This document shows, one piece after another, positions 36,679 to 44,372 of a stretch of DNA of 64,000 nt. The notes below the pieces were generated by a model. The model saw only the letters and a program-made list of their open reading frames with translations, was not told where the DNA came from and made no database searches. The stretch lies in IMG/VR virus record IMGVR_UViG_3300045988_087149, positions 32,001 to 96,000 of that record. One strand, given 5' to 3'. How positions within the stretch are numbered: the stretch's first letter is position 1; each line of letters opens with the position of its first letter. This DNA is from a virus. Position numbers and translations under genes: made by a program.

Positions 36679-37359
36679 CTACGGTTCAATTATACCATAT
36701 TCATTTACATTTGTCAACAGAATCTTTGTCCATTCTGCATTTTCATCTTCAGTCAAATAGAAAAATTTATGGCCACCAATCGTCATCGCATAATTCTGCG
36801 ATTCATGCCATGGACTATCGCACCATCTTGGTGCATAGAAAAACAGAATCGGCTTTTCGGTCACAAATTGCCCCATATCAAAAATATCATGCACAGCGTC
36901 CATGACTTCAATATACATTTTTCTATCCTGCTTGTCCAAATCTGGATTCCAACCAGCGTACTGGTAGACCTCTTTGACTTCACGAGCCGTCAAGCCGCCT
37001 TTAATCATTGCATCAAAATAGCACTGAGCAACAGCCAGCTTGCCTTTATACGGCTCGTAAGCACATTCACCAGCCATTACAGATTCAATAAACCAACGAT
37101 CATCCTCTGTCAGATTGATGGGCGATTTATAACGTTCAATTTTAGATTCCTGTTCTACAATCTGTGGCTCGACATAGACATACTGCGGCTCAACAGATTC
37201 AAATTTTGATTCCTCAATCGGTTTGGTCTTAACGGTATATTGTACAGATTGCACGTTATGACTCGATTCGAATGGACTCAGGATAATTCCCATACATCCA
37301 GCCAATCCAAATAATGAAAGTCCAATTCCTGCAATAGCATATCTAGTTGTACGCTTCAT
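36679..37359 (-). CDS. membrane-anchored cell-wall hydrolase-like protein (SleB/Hydrolase_2-like)
   Basis: 226 aa. N-terminal TM/signal segment AIAGIGLSLFGLAGC. The GECAYEPYKGKLAVAQC pattern resembles SleB-family hydrolases (from memory). Ends in TAG. Confidence 0.5.
   Translation of the reverse strand: MKRTTRYAIAGIGLSLFGLAGCMGIILSPFESSHNVQSVQYTVKTKPIEESKFESVEPQYVYVEPQIVEQESKIERYKSPINLTEDDRWFIESVMAGECAYEPYKGKLAVAQCYFDAMIKGGLTAREVKEVYQYAGWNPDLDKQDRKMYIEVMDAVHDIFDMGQFVTEKPILFFYAPRWCDSPWHESQNYAMTIGGHKFFYLTEDENAEWTKILLTNVNEYGIIEP
36689..36717 (-). promoter_or_regulatory. sigma-A-type promoter (leftward)
   Basis: TTGACAAAT (36717-36712), 17 bp, TATAAT (36694-36689). Lies inside the 3' end of the upstream gene. 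Confidence 0.6.
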
Positions 37360-37408
37360 TTTAATTTACCTCCTTGATATTCATTCTTCATTTTGTGGCT
37401 CGTATATA

Positions 37409-37437
37409 TGTATATCACATTTGATTCTATTTGTCAA
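37409..37437 (-). promoter_or_regulatory. sigma-A-type promoter, outermost of the leftward early series
   Basis: cTTGACAAAT (37437-37432), 17 bp, TATACA (37414-37409). Confidence 0.6.
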
Positions 37438-37439
37438 GT

Positions 37440-37930
37440 ACAATTTTCAATTTTCATTTTGGAATTGTAAATATAAATTCTGATTTTAGAATTTCGATTT
37501 CCACATATATTTACAATCTCGAAAGTCATTTTTCATTTTCCAACTCGTGCATATATAGATATCTATATACATGCACATATACAATAACAATAATCATTAT
37601 CATTTTTCATATCCATCTGCACATACATATATCGGCCAACCAATACATTAGCATATTCATCTACATATACATTTACATATTTATATGCAGATACATCTAC
37701 ATCATCATTCATATAAATGATGCAGATAGCAATACGCATGATATAGATAGATGTATTTATAGACAATACGCAGCTTTGTATCTATACATAGAAACATTAC
37801 TTTCATGCACATATCACGATTTATATTAGCATCAAAGTCAACATCATTCACATTTTTCATATGAATATTCGCTCACCCATCACATTTTTCGTAGGAGATT
37901 TGTGTACATTCACACATTTTTCCATCGTAA
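37440..37930. repeat. AT-rich low-complexity/iteron region
   Basis: Runs of ATACAT/ATATAC-type words. CATTTTTCAT occurs at about 37527, 37597 and 37850. Three copies of CACATTTTTC sit at 37849, 37881 and 37913, spaced exactly 32 bp apart. Confidence 0.6.
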
Positions 37931-37945
37931 AATAATGTGCGATTG

Positions 37946-37975
37946 TTGGTTAGCAATTTTTCTATATGATATAAT
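37946..37975 (+). promoter_or_regulatory. candidate rightward promoter with extended -10
   Basis: TTGGTT, 18 bp, TGaTATAAT (37970-37975 is the -10 box). It would transcribe the repeat region toward promoter 38486-38514. Confidence 0.4.
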
Positions 37976-38026
37976 ATACGCAAGCTGTGAGCGCAAATTT
38001 CACCATAGCCATGTCGTGCCAACTGT

Positions 38027-38340
38027 GCCGATTTGAGCCGAGTTTGCGCTTATCCTAAGCAAGATATGCCTACAGCCGATTTGAGCCATCACACCCGTCC
38101 TGAGCCGCAACGCACCACCAAGATTATATATAGGCACATATTACTGGGGAAAATTCGCTTGACCTAATCCGTACACGCACACATAAGAAAATCCGGCTCG
38201 ATTTTTTTGCGCTGAGCCATTATATGTACTGTATATTGCTGGGAAAAATGTAAAAAATTGTAAGGTGCGATCATGCTCATGCCCGCTCGACCCCTCGATT
38301 TTTTACTTCATTTGAGTAAAGCATGATGGGAAAATATGAT
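38027..38340. repeat. degenerate direct repeats in non-coding DNA
   Basis: GCCGATTTGAGCC occurs twice (38027, 38075). TGAGCC occurs 4 times. ATT(A/G)CTGGG(G)AAAAT occurs at about 38140 and 38235. CTCGATTTTTT occurs at 38197 and 38294. Confidence 0.55.
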
Positions 38341-38398
38341 AATTAAAGCCGTCTAACCAGATTTGTAAAAAAATGGAAATGGCCTGAAAAGTTGAAAT

Positions 38399-38415
38399 TT
38401 GTGCAGATTGCACAA
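38399..38415. promoter_or_regulatory. operator-like palindrome TTGTGCA-GAT-TGCACAA
   Basis: Perfect 7-bp inverted arms. The half-site TTGTGCAA recurs just upstream of the -35 boxes at about 41085, 41307 and 41790. Confidence 0.45.
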
Positions 38416-38485
38416 ACATGAGTTAAATGCATTTAACCGATGGTCGACCTTCCCCTCCTCATAGGTGCTTCCCTAGGTCATTTTG

Positions 38486-38514
38486 ATTATAGCAGATCGT
38501 GCGCCATATGTCAA
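38486..38514 (-). promoter_or_regulatory. sigma-A-type promoter (leftward) with no ORF downstream
   Basis: TTGACA (38514-38509), 17 bp, TATAAT (38491-38486). Its transcript would run through about 1 kb of repeats. Confidence 0.6.
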
Positions 38515-38631
38515 CGAAAAAATTGCATAAAAATAAGCCGTCCATTTTGGGCATATTGTACAATACCATTTTGGCGGCTTTGACGGCTTTACACGGCGCG
38601 AACTATGCTAGAGCTATAGAAACATAGGGAA

Positions 38632-38666
38632 GCAAAGAAAAGCCCGTAGCATTCAAGCTACAGGCT
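38632..38666 (-). terminator. intrinsic terminator of the small-ORF islet
   Basis: Minus strand AGCCTGTAGC-TTGAAT-GCTACGGGCT (one mismatch) followed by TTTTCTTT, 19 nt after the stop at 38685. Confidence 0.6.
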
Positions 38667-38684
38667 TTAGGGCTGTTATTCAGT

Positions 38685-38993
38685 TCACGGCAGTAAATCA
38701 TATCTATCATATCGGGCCGATACAATCATGTCATCGTGTACGTCTTGCGTTCCCATATCGCAGAAGATACAAGTGATATCGTCTCCCACTTCATAGTCTC
38801 CCGCGTCCGTATCGAATGCATAGACCATGCCACCCGAATTTTGAACGGAAACGCGCTCCGTGTCCTTGTCTACGGTCTCAACTGCAATACAGCGGCTTGC
38901 ATCGGCATAGATTCCATATTTTAGGATATTCTTTTCCTTCGTAGCGGAAAACAGCGAAGAAATCAGCATTGCAATAGTAATAATGGCCTTCAT
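38685..38993 (-). CDS. small secreted/membrane-anchored protein (102 aa)
   Basis: Signal-like N-terminus MKAIITIAMLISSLFSA, with AAGGAATGAAT upstream. Confidence 0.55.
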   Translation of the reverse strand: MKAIITIAMLISSLFSATKEKNILKYGIYADASRCIAVETVDKDTERVSVQNSGGMVYAFDTDAGDYEVGDDITCIFCDMGTQDVHDDMIVSARYDRYDLLP

Positions 38994-39272
38994 TTTATAT
39001 TCATTCCTTTCTTATCGATATATTTTTATCGTTTTACAATTACAAGCGGTACAACATCCGGCGAAAAAGTAATTTCATACCATCCGGAAATATCGCCGTT
39101 GTATTGCATAAATTGACTGTTTTTCAAATACTCGATATAGTACACTTGTTTTACCTCTTTTCTCACGCCTTCAGCGCCTTGCTACAGGCTTTTTAGCGCG
39201 TCGGCATATAGTTTTATATTTTTTCTGTTTGCGGCGTGTCGGGCTTGCTAGGCCGTCTCACCAAGCAATCAC

Positions 39273-39479
39273 TTACAATTTTTTTACACTTTGTACCCGC
39301 TCGACCACCTTGTAAAAAAGTGGCAGAATCTCGACGGGTGCGGGCTTGCTTCTTGACGCTGGCAACAATTTACAAATTTGTAAATAGTCTTCGTCACTGT
39401 CAATGTGATAACTGATAGAATCTGCCAGTTTCTGAAGCTGGTATAATTTTGAATCCCAGTATTTTACAGTATGTTTCAC
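39273..39479 (-). CDS. hypothetical protein (68 aa)
   Basis: Track ORF; 4-nt overlap with the upstream ORF. Confidence 0.45.
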   Translation of the reverse strand: MKHTVKYWDSKLYQLQKLADSISYHIDSDEDYLQICKLLPASRSKPAPVEILPLFYKVVERVQSVKKL

Positions 39480-39658
39480 ATTATGCCTTCTTTCTGCATG
39501 ATTCTATAAATATTTTCCGCGCTTTCTATAGTTTCGATAACGATATTTCCTTCTTTATCCTTCCACCATATCAATTTGTTATTATTTATCAAATGCGGGA
39601 AATCGTCAGGAAATACCGCTGATTTTTTGTTTTTAAGTTGCGGATTTATAATAAACAT
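39476..39658 (-). CDS. hypothetical protein (60 aa)
   Basis: Track ORF with GGGGG upstream. Confidence 0.45.
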   Translation of the reverse strand: MFIINPQLKNKKSAVFPDDFPHLINNNKLIWWKDKEGNIVIETIESAENIYRIMQKEGIM

Positions 39659-39661
39659 ATT

Positions 39662-39784
39662 TTAACCCCCTAAAATTTTCTCGATTAAATACGGAATGAA
39701 AAACAGACTTCCAATAGCTACTAGACCGCCCAGAAAGTGGAAAATCCAGTAAATGGGATTCAAGCGACGCTTACGTCTTTTCAT
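39662..39784 (-). CDS. possible 40-aa membrane peptide
   Basis: MKRRKRRLNPIYWIFHFLGGLVAIGSLFFIPYLI... ATGA overlap with the upstream stop. Confidence 0.35.
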   Translation of the reverse strand: MKRRKRRLNPIYWIFHFLGGLVAIGSLFFIPYLIEKILGG

Positions 39785-39984
39785 ATAGAATAAACTCCAT
39801 TCTTATTTTCTGATTTTAATTTACAGATTGTGACAAAAGTAGTATCAAAATATTTGATAGCTTTTTCTTTTGCTTCATCTTCGTTATCTGCTAAAATAAT
39901 CAATGGATCAAAATTTTCTGTATATATTTTATATGCGACAAAAATATGTTTTGCAATGGTGCAATATGCATCTTCTTTAGTCAT
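39781..39984 (-). CDS. hypothetical protein (67 aa)
   Basis: Track ORF; 3 nt downstream of the previous stop, with GGAGGC upstream. Confidence 0.5.
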   Translation of the reverse strand: MTKEDAYCTIAKHIFVAYKIYTENFDPLIILADNEDEAKEKAIKYFDTTFVTICKLKSENKNGVYSI

Positions 39985-39987
39985 ATT

Positions 39988-40200
39988 TTAAGCCTCCTTC
40001 ATCATTGGCGTGATTTCGTAGACATTTAACCACAAACCGCCGATAACATAACCAGTGTGATACACTTTTCCGTCTTCTCCGTCAACGTACATCTTTTCGG
40101 CGTGACTGCATCCGATTTTTTCCATCAAATCTTTGCGCGGGTGCTCCAAGTTTTGCCAAATCTGCCCATATTGATCGATTGCAATATACTGTTTTTTCAT
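39988..40200 (-). CDS. hypothetical protein (70 aa)
   Basis: Track ORF with GGAGGAAATTTACA upstream. Confidence 0.55.
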   Translation of the reverse strand: MKKQYIAIDQYGQIWQNLEHPRKDLMEKIGCSHAEKMYVDGEDGKVYHTGYVIGGLWLNVYEITPMMKEA

Positions 40201-40282
40201 TGTAAATTTCCTCCAAATTCTAAAAAATGTTCATGGAATAGGGCTTTTTGAGCGGAAACCCTTTAGAAACCGCGTGAAAATG

Positions 40283-40531
40283 TTATTCTTCTTCTCCGTC
40301 CTGTTCTTTAATAATATCCTCGAAAGAATCATATCCAAGCCACTCCGCAATCGTGTCTTCTTCAAACCAGAACAAATCATTAATTGCGGTTTCATCCATG
40401 CCTTCCGGGTTGCATTCTTCAAGAATGGATTCAATCTGATCAAGTTCACACGGAGTTAGATACTTAACGGTGTCTTTGGCTCCGCTCCAAAATTCAAAAT
40501 CGCGCAAGCTTTTTTCAGTGTAAATCTTCAT
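40283..40531 (-). CDS. acidic hypothetical protein (82 aa)
   Basis: Track ORF with AGGAGGAAC upstream. The sequence is strongly acidic. Confidence 0.55.
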   Translation of the reverse strand: MKIYTEKSLRDFEFWSGAKDTVKYLTPCELDQIESILEECNPEGMDETAINDLFWFEEDTIAEWLGYDSFEDIIKEQDGEEE

Positions 40532-40554
40532 TTTTTTGTTCCTCCTAAAATATA

Positions 40555-40767
40555 TTATTTTTCAAACTGTTTACGGAATTCTTTCTGATGGCGCGTTGTG
40601 GTATTGCTCCATTTTCCGAGCTCTTCTACTTTGCCGTTAACACAACGAGAAACAATTGTATTGTAACTCTGGAGTTCAAGCGTTCCGTTTTCGTAGTCGA
40701 TAACGTGTGCTTTGCCGTAAAAGCTCTTGCGTGCGTCGAATTGGGCCTCAAGTTCATAAATTCTCAT
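40555..40767 (-). CDS. hypothetical protein (70 aa)
   Basis: Track ORF with AGGAGGAAAC upstream. Confidence 0.55.
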   Translation of the reverse strand: MRIYELEAQFDARKSFYGKAHVIDYENGTLELQSYNTIVSRCVNGKVEELGKWSNTTTRHQKEFRKQFEK

Positions 40768-40853
40768 TGTTTTTGTTTCCTCCTGTTTTGTTTAGATTTT
40801 ATCCCGACGCCCGGAGGCGTTTCGTCTTACTCTGCCAAGACTCATCAGGGGAT

Positions 40854-41012
40854 TTACAATTTAATTCCATGTGAACAAATTTTTTCAAGTTCATCTTTAC
40901 TTAGAGTATTATAAACGCCGTCGTAAAGATTCCCATTTTTCAAATATCTATCCGGAAGCCGCTTGATAAGTGTTACTACGGTATAAAGATCTTTTGCGGA
41001 AATAAGGTACAT
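40854..41012 (-). CDS. hypothetical protein (52 aa)
   Basis: Start moved to ATG 41012 (MYLISAKDLY), which has GGAGGAA 7 nt upstream. The track start overlaps promoter 41047-41075. Confidence 0.5.
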   Translation of the reverse strand: MYLISAKDLYTVVTLIKRLPDRYLKNGNLYDGVYNTLSKDELEKICSHGIKL

Positions 41013-41046
41013 TTTTTTGTTCCTCCATGTTTGATTTTGTGTCTTT

Positions 41047-41075
41047 ATTATAGCGTTGATTTTTCTTTTTGTCAA
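41047..41075 (-). promoter_or_regulatory. sigma-A-type promoter (leftward)
   Basis: TTGACA (41075-41070), 17 bp, TATAAT (41052-41047). TTGTGCAA motif lies 9 nt upstream of the -35. Confidence 0.65.
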
Positions 41076-41153
41076 TCGGCAGATTGCACAAAATTTATGA
41101 AATGTTTTTGTTTATTTTAGCGGTCAGCCGGATATTTCACCGGCTTTCCCGCG

Positions 41154-41231
41154 TCACTGCTTAGATATAATTTCTAGCAGCTCCGCGATTCTTTCAAGCG
41201 CGTTTGCTATGCGCTCCAGAATCGCTTTCAT
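41154..41231 (-). CDS. possible 25-aa helical peptide
   Basis: MKAILERIANALERIAELLEIISKQ, with GGGAGGTG 5 nt upstream. Sits directly after promoter 41257-41285. Confidence 0.3.
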   Translation of the reverse strand: MKAILERIANALERIAELLEIISKQ

Positions 41232-41256
41232 GTTTTCACCTCCCTTGCATGGTTAT

Positions 41257-41285
41257 ATGATATCGCAGAATGCCGGAAAAGTCAA
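41257..41285 (-). promoter_or_regulatory. sigma-A-type promoter (leftward)
   Basis: TTGACT (41285-41280), 17 bp, TATCAT (41262-41257). TTGTGCAA motif upstream. Confidence 0.5.
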
Positions 41286-41360
41286 TAGCTCTGTTATAAA
41301 AATATTGCACAAAAAAGAGCGGCTGATTTTATACAAATTGACGAAACGGATATAGGTATA

Positions 41361-41392
41361 AAAATCCCGGCCAGCTATGACAGCCAGCCGGG
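41361..41392 (-). terminator. intrinsic terminator
   Basis: Minus strand CCCGGCTGGCTGTCATAGCTGGCCGGG followed by ATTTTT, just after the stop at 41399. Confidence 0.6.
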
Positions 41393-41398
41393 AAAATA

Positions 41399-41704
41399 TC
41401 ACATAATTTTAAACCATTCAGCAAATGGCGCTTTATAATATCCGACAACGTGTTTGACGTCTGTTTTTGTCCAATGCGTTCTACGCTCAAGTTTTGCGCG
41501 GTATGCAGTGCGTTTAATATCGGACTCCACTTTTTCGGCCTTGCCGTCCTTTACCATGATGCGCATAAGATATATTGTATCTGGGTTATACTGTTTATCA
41601 GCTTCGAGCATTGCGTCACTAAGCGTCTTTGCCTCAAGTTTGCGATACTCACTTGCAAGTGGTTTGTAGTTCGCGCGATAATCAATATAAAGTACGTATT
41701 TCAT
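41399..41704 (-). CDS. hypothetical protein (101 aa), monocistronic unit
   Basis: Track ORF with AAAGGAAGC upstream. Has its own promoter and terminator. Confidence 0.55.
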   Translation of the reverse strand: MKYVLYIDYRANYKPLASEYRKLEAKTLSDAMLEADKQYNPDTIYLMRIMVKDGKAEKVESDIKRTAYRAKLERRTHWTKTDVKHVVGYYKAPFAEWFKIM

Positions 41705-41751
41705 TGTAATAGCTTCCTTTCAAAATGTTTTTTATTTCATTTGATGCCAAG

Positions 41752-41780
41752 ATAATATCATATCGAACCGTCTTTGTCTA
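41752..41780 (-). promoter_or_regulatory. sigma-A-type promoter (leftward)
   Basis: TAGACA (41780-41775), 17 bp, TATTAT (41757-41752). TTGTGCAA motif 8 nt upstream of the -35. Confidence 0.5.
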
Positions 41781-41964
41781 TTGACATTTTGCACAAAAGT
41801 TATATTCTTGAATTGTATAAAATGACAATAGGTTATTTTGTCCAGATACCGAAAAAGCTATGAAGCCGCTCAGAGGCTCTAGAAGCCCCGTAGCGCCGTT
41901 TTTAGGCCAAGACGTGAAATCATACGGCAAAGAAAAGTATTCCGTTATACGCTTTTCATGCAAT

Positions 41965-42640
41965 TTTATTATTCACTGTTTTGATAGTAAATAACTATAA
42001 TATACAAGTAAAAAGTTAGAATATACTAGAATTGATTGAATTATTGTATATATATGATATGAATATACTGCATGATTATTCATTCATTGCTTATTAGTAC
42101 AATATCTTAATAGTTATATAAATATAATTATATCGATATTGATTATTGTATGTTTTTATCGATAGATTATATTGGTATAAGTAGCTATATATTGTACTGA
42201 TTATAATAGTTACAATATGTTGCATAGTGGTAACAGTATTTGAATATCGATATAATAGTATTTAATATGATATCTTGTGTAGTGTATTAGATGGTATAGT
42301 ATGGTATAGTAGTTTGTATAATATAGATAGTTGAGTAAATGGGGTTTACTGGTAAGTGTAAATATGGTTTACCAAAAAGCGCATAATGTGTAATGTGTAT
42401 GCGCGTATGAACTGTATTAGTTCGATTGATACAGTTGGAAAAATTTTACTCTACAATTGTAGAATAAGATTGACTCGCATAATCATGCGATAAATATCGC
42501 ATTTTCATATGAAACAGTGGGAAAGTGCTATTTTCAGGCGTTTTTACTACTGGCAGTATTTTACAGTACCGGGGCATGGTTATGGATGAGAATGGTAGAA
42601 ATGGGAGAAAATGGCACTTAGCACAACAAATCACATAACA
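41965..42640. repeat. AT-rich repeat/palindrome region followed by a hairpin cluster
   Basis: ATATCGATAT at 42130 and 42244; TTATCGATAG at 42157; tandem ATGGTATAGT x2 at 42291-42310. Perfect hairpins GCGCATA/TATGCGC, AACTGTAT/ATACAGTT, CTACAATTGTAG and TCGCAT/ATGCGA lie in 42380-42500. Confidence 0.55.
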
Positions 42641-42918
42641 TGTAATACATCATCTATTTTAACAAACTATATACTACGCAATTCGCAATCCAAACTATGC
42701 ACCTTATAAATATTTAAGAACAGCACAATTAAAAAAATCAATCCAATAATTTTAATTAAACTTAATGATCTAACATATAATTAAACCAAGTTTTAATTAT
42801 TCATAATTTACAATTTGTTAACAAATAACAAATAAAAATATGGTATAATTAGATAATGATAAAAAGTTGTACAATCGATGATACTAATATAATACGCTAG
42901 TATTATTATAGTGTCACG

Positions 42919-42952
42919 CAATGTACAAAAATTTTACATCAATGTACAAAAA
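42919..42952 (+). promoter_or_regulatory. two 13-nt direct repeats (CAATGTACAAAAA) in the 5' leader of the HTH gene
   Basis: Copies at 42919-42931 and 42940-42952, 21 bp apart. An extended -10 TGGTATAAT sits at 42841-42849 upstream. Confidence 0.45.
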
Positions 42953-42970
42953 AATAGAAAGGAAGAAAAT

Positions 42971-44011
42971 ATGACAAGTAAACCAAAATATCTGCCATCC
43001 AATGAAGACAATAAGCTAATTGACGCTCTTATTAAAATAGAAGGGCGCGAATTGAAATATCCAGAATTATGCCGCGCATTAGACATCCCAACCAAATCTG
43101 GAAACACTAAGATTTCCCAACTAGATAAAGTTCGAAATTATTGTCAACTAGATACTCTAGAACATCCAACCCGTTATATTGTCCAAGAGGTCTATCCTGA
43201 AGCAGATGCCCTTATCAATGAGCTAGATAAAGACTCATACCAAGCCGCATTTGAAGCTGCTCTTTATCAAATATTTCTAAAGACAAACTGCGCTACCATA
43301 TATGCGTCAACCAGCAATCTGTTGAGAATGTTCCAAGAGGTCAATGATAATTTCAGCTATACATATAGCCAAGCCGTAGAAAATTCAGAGCATTATGGCT
43401 ATATGAGTTTGGTCAATGGTGTTGTGTATAATATTCTTGCTCAATGGACTAGGCGCAAATTACTAACCATGAAGAACCGTTATGTTATTGATCTGAATAG
43501 AGGCTATAGACTCTATAAGCAACGATACAACCCAGAGGGAAAAGAAACATGGCTCGAAACATATGATGTACCAGAAGATAGCGCAGATCATCAAACCTGC
43601 CTGTCCATCTATTCTAAAGCCGTCAATGAGATAATGCCGCCAAATTGGGGCAAAGTCATAGACAATAGGGTCTACAAGCCATATGTGTCCATAGAGCAAT
43701 ATAAGGCGTTTGAGGCGCGGCTTACTCAATTAACCCAAGAGGCATTTGGCGGCGAATATGTTAAAGTTAAAGAGGTTTATATCATCAAGCCAGCCACAAA
43801 GGAATGGATAGCTAACCGGCTATTAGATGTATATGAGCATTATCCCAGTTTTGAGAAAATCAATAAAGAGGCATGTACTAAGATTATTCAGACCAGCCAG
43901 CTTAGTTGTATTACTGGCAAACAGCGGCGCGAATTTATTGACATCAATATGAACAATAAGCAGAGTGACAAGCTCAAGGATTTAGTCGCTAGTGAAAAGT
44001 GTAATCAATAA
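42971..44011 (+). CDS. HTH-containing protein of unknown role (regulator or origin-binding candidate), 346 aa
   Basis: ATG at 42971 with AAAGGAAG upstream (the track GTG at 42911 has none). N-terminal HTH-like YPELCRALDIPTKSGNTKISQL. It is the only rightward gene between two leftward blocks. Confidence 0.6.
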   Translation: MTSKPKYLPSNEDNKLIDALIKIEGRELKYPELCRALDIPTKSGNTKISQLDKVRNYCQLDTLEHPTRYIVQEVYPEADALINELDKDSYQAAFEAALYQIFLKTNCATIYASTSNLLRMFQEVNDNFSYTYSQAVENSEHYGYMSLVNGVVYNILAQWTRRKLLTMKNRYVIDLNRGYRLYKQRYNPEGKETWLETYDVPEDSADHQTCLSIYSKAVNEIMPPNWGKVIDNRVYKPYVSIEQYKAFEARLTQLTQEAFGGEYVKVKEVYIIKPATKEWIANRLLDVYEHYPSFEKINKEACTKIIQTSQLSCITGKQRREFIDINMNNKQSDKLKDLVASEKCNQ

Positions 44012-44012
44012 A

Positions 44013-44063
44013 AAATCTGCCCCAATTTATTCCCTACATATATAGGGTCTTTGGGCAGATTTC
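44013..44063. terminator. bidirectional terminator between convergent genes
   Basis: 10-bp stem AAATCTGCCC/GGGCAGATTT enclosing an inner hairpin CCCTA-CATATA-TAGGG. A/T runs lie on both sides. Confidence 0.6.
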
Positions 44064-44066
44064 ATT

Positions 44067-44372
44067 TTATTCAGTTGTATTACAAGTTGAGCCTTCATTA
44101 TAAATAAATGGCGGATCACCTGTATTCACATACGTTTCTCCATTCCACACGTATTTTTGACCAGTGGAAATTTCGGCGCTTCTCCAATTTGTCACAAATT
44201 GCTTATATTTGCATCCTAGCGTCGCTTCTACACATTCGGGCCAATTCGAATTTTCTCTCAGTTGTTTATATTCTGCTTCAGCTCGTTTCACATCTTCACT
44301 AAATTTGCAGATACGCCAATTCGAGCATCCATCGCATACCGATACCTCATTTGTGTTCATTGTAATTTTCAT
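44067..44372 (-). CDS. Cys-rich hypothetical protein (101 aa)
   Basis: Track ORF; last gene of the leftward accessory operon. Confidence 0.55.
   Translation of the reverse strand: MKITMNTNEVSVCDGCSNWRICKFSEDVKRAEAEYKQLRENSNWPECVEATLGCKYKQFVTNWRSAEISTGQKYVWNGETYVNTGDPPFIYNEGSTCNTTE

Noticed and set aside
37431-37829. 132-aa plus-strand ORF (and the 67-aa minus-strand ORF) in the AT-rich block.
   Set aside because: The Ile/Tyr/His low-complexity translation comes from ATACAT-type repeats. There is no SD, and the start overlaps the -35 of a leftward promoter.
37440-42640. CRISPR array among the AT-rich and repeat regions.
   Set aside because: The repeats are short (10-13 nt), degenerate and irregularly spaced or low-complexity. 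There is no 25-40-nt repeat alternating with unique spacers, and no cas genes.
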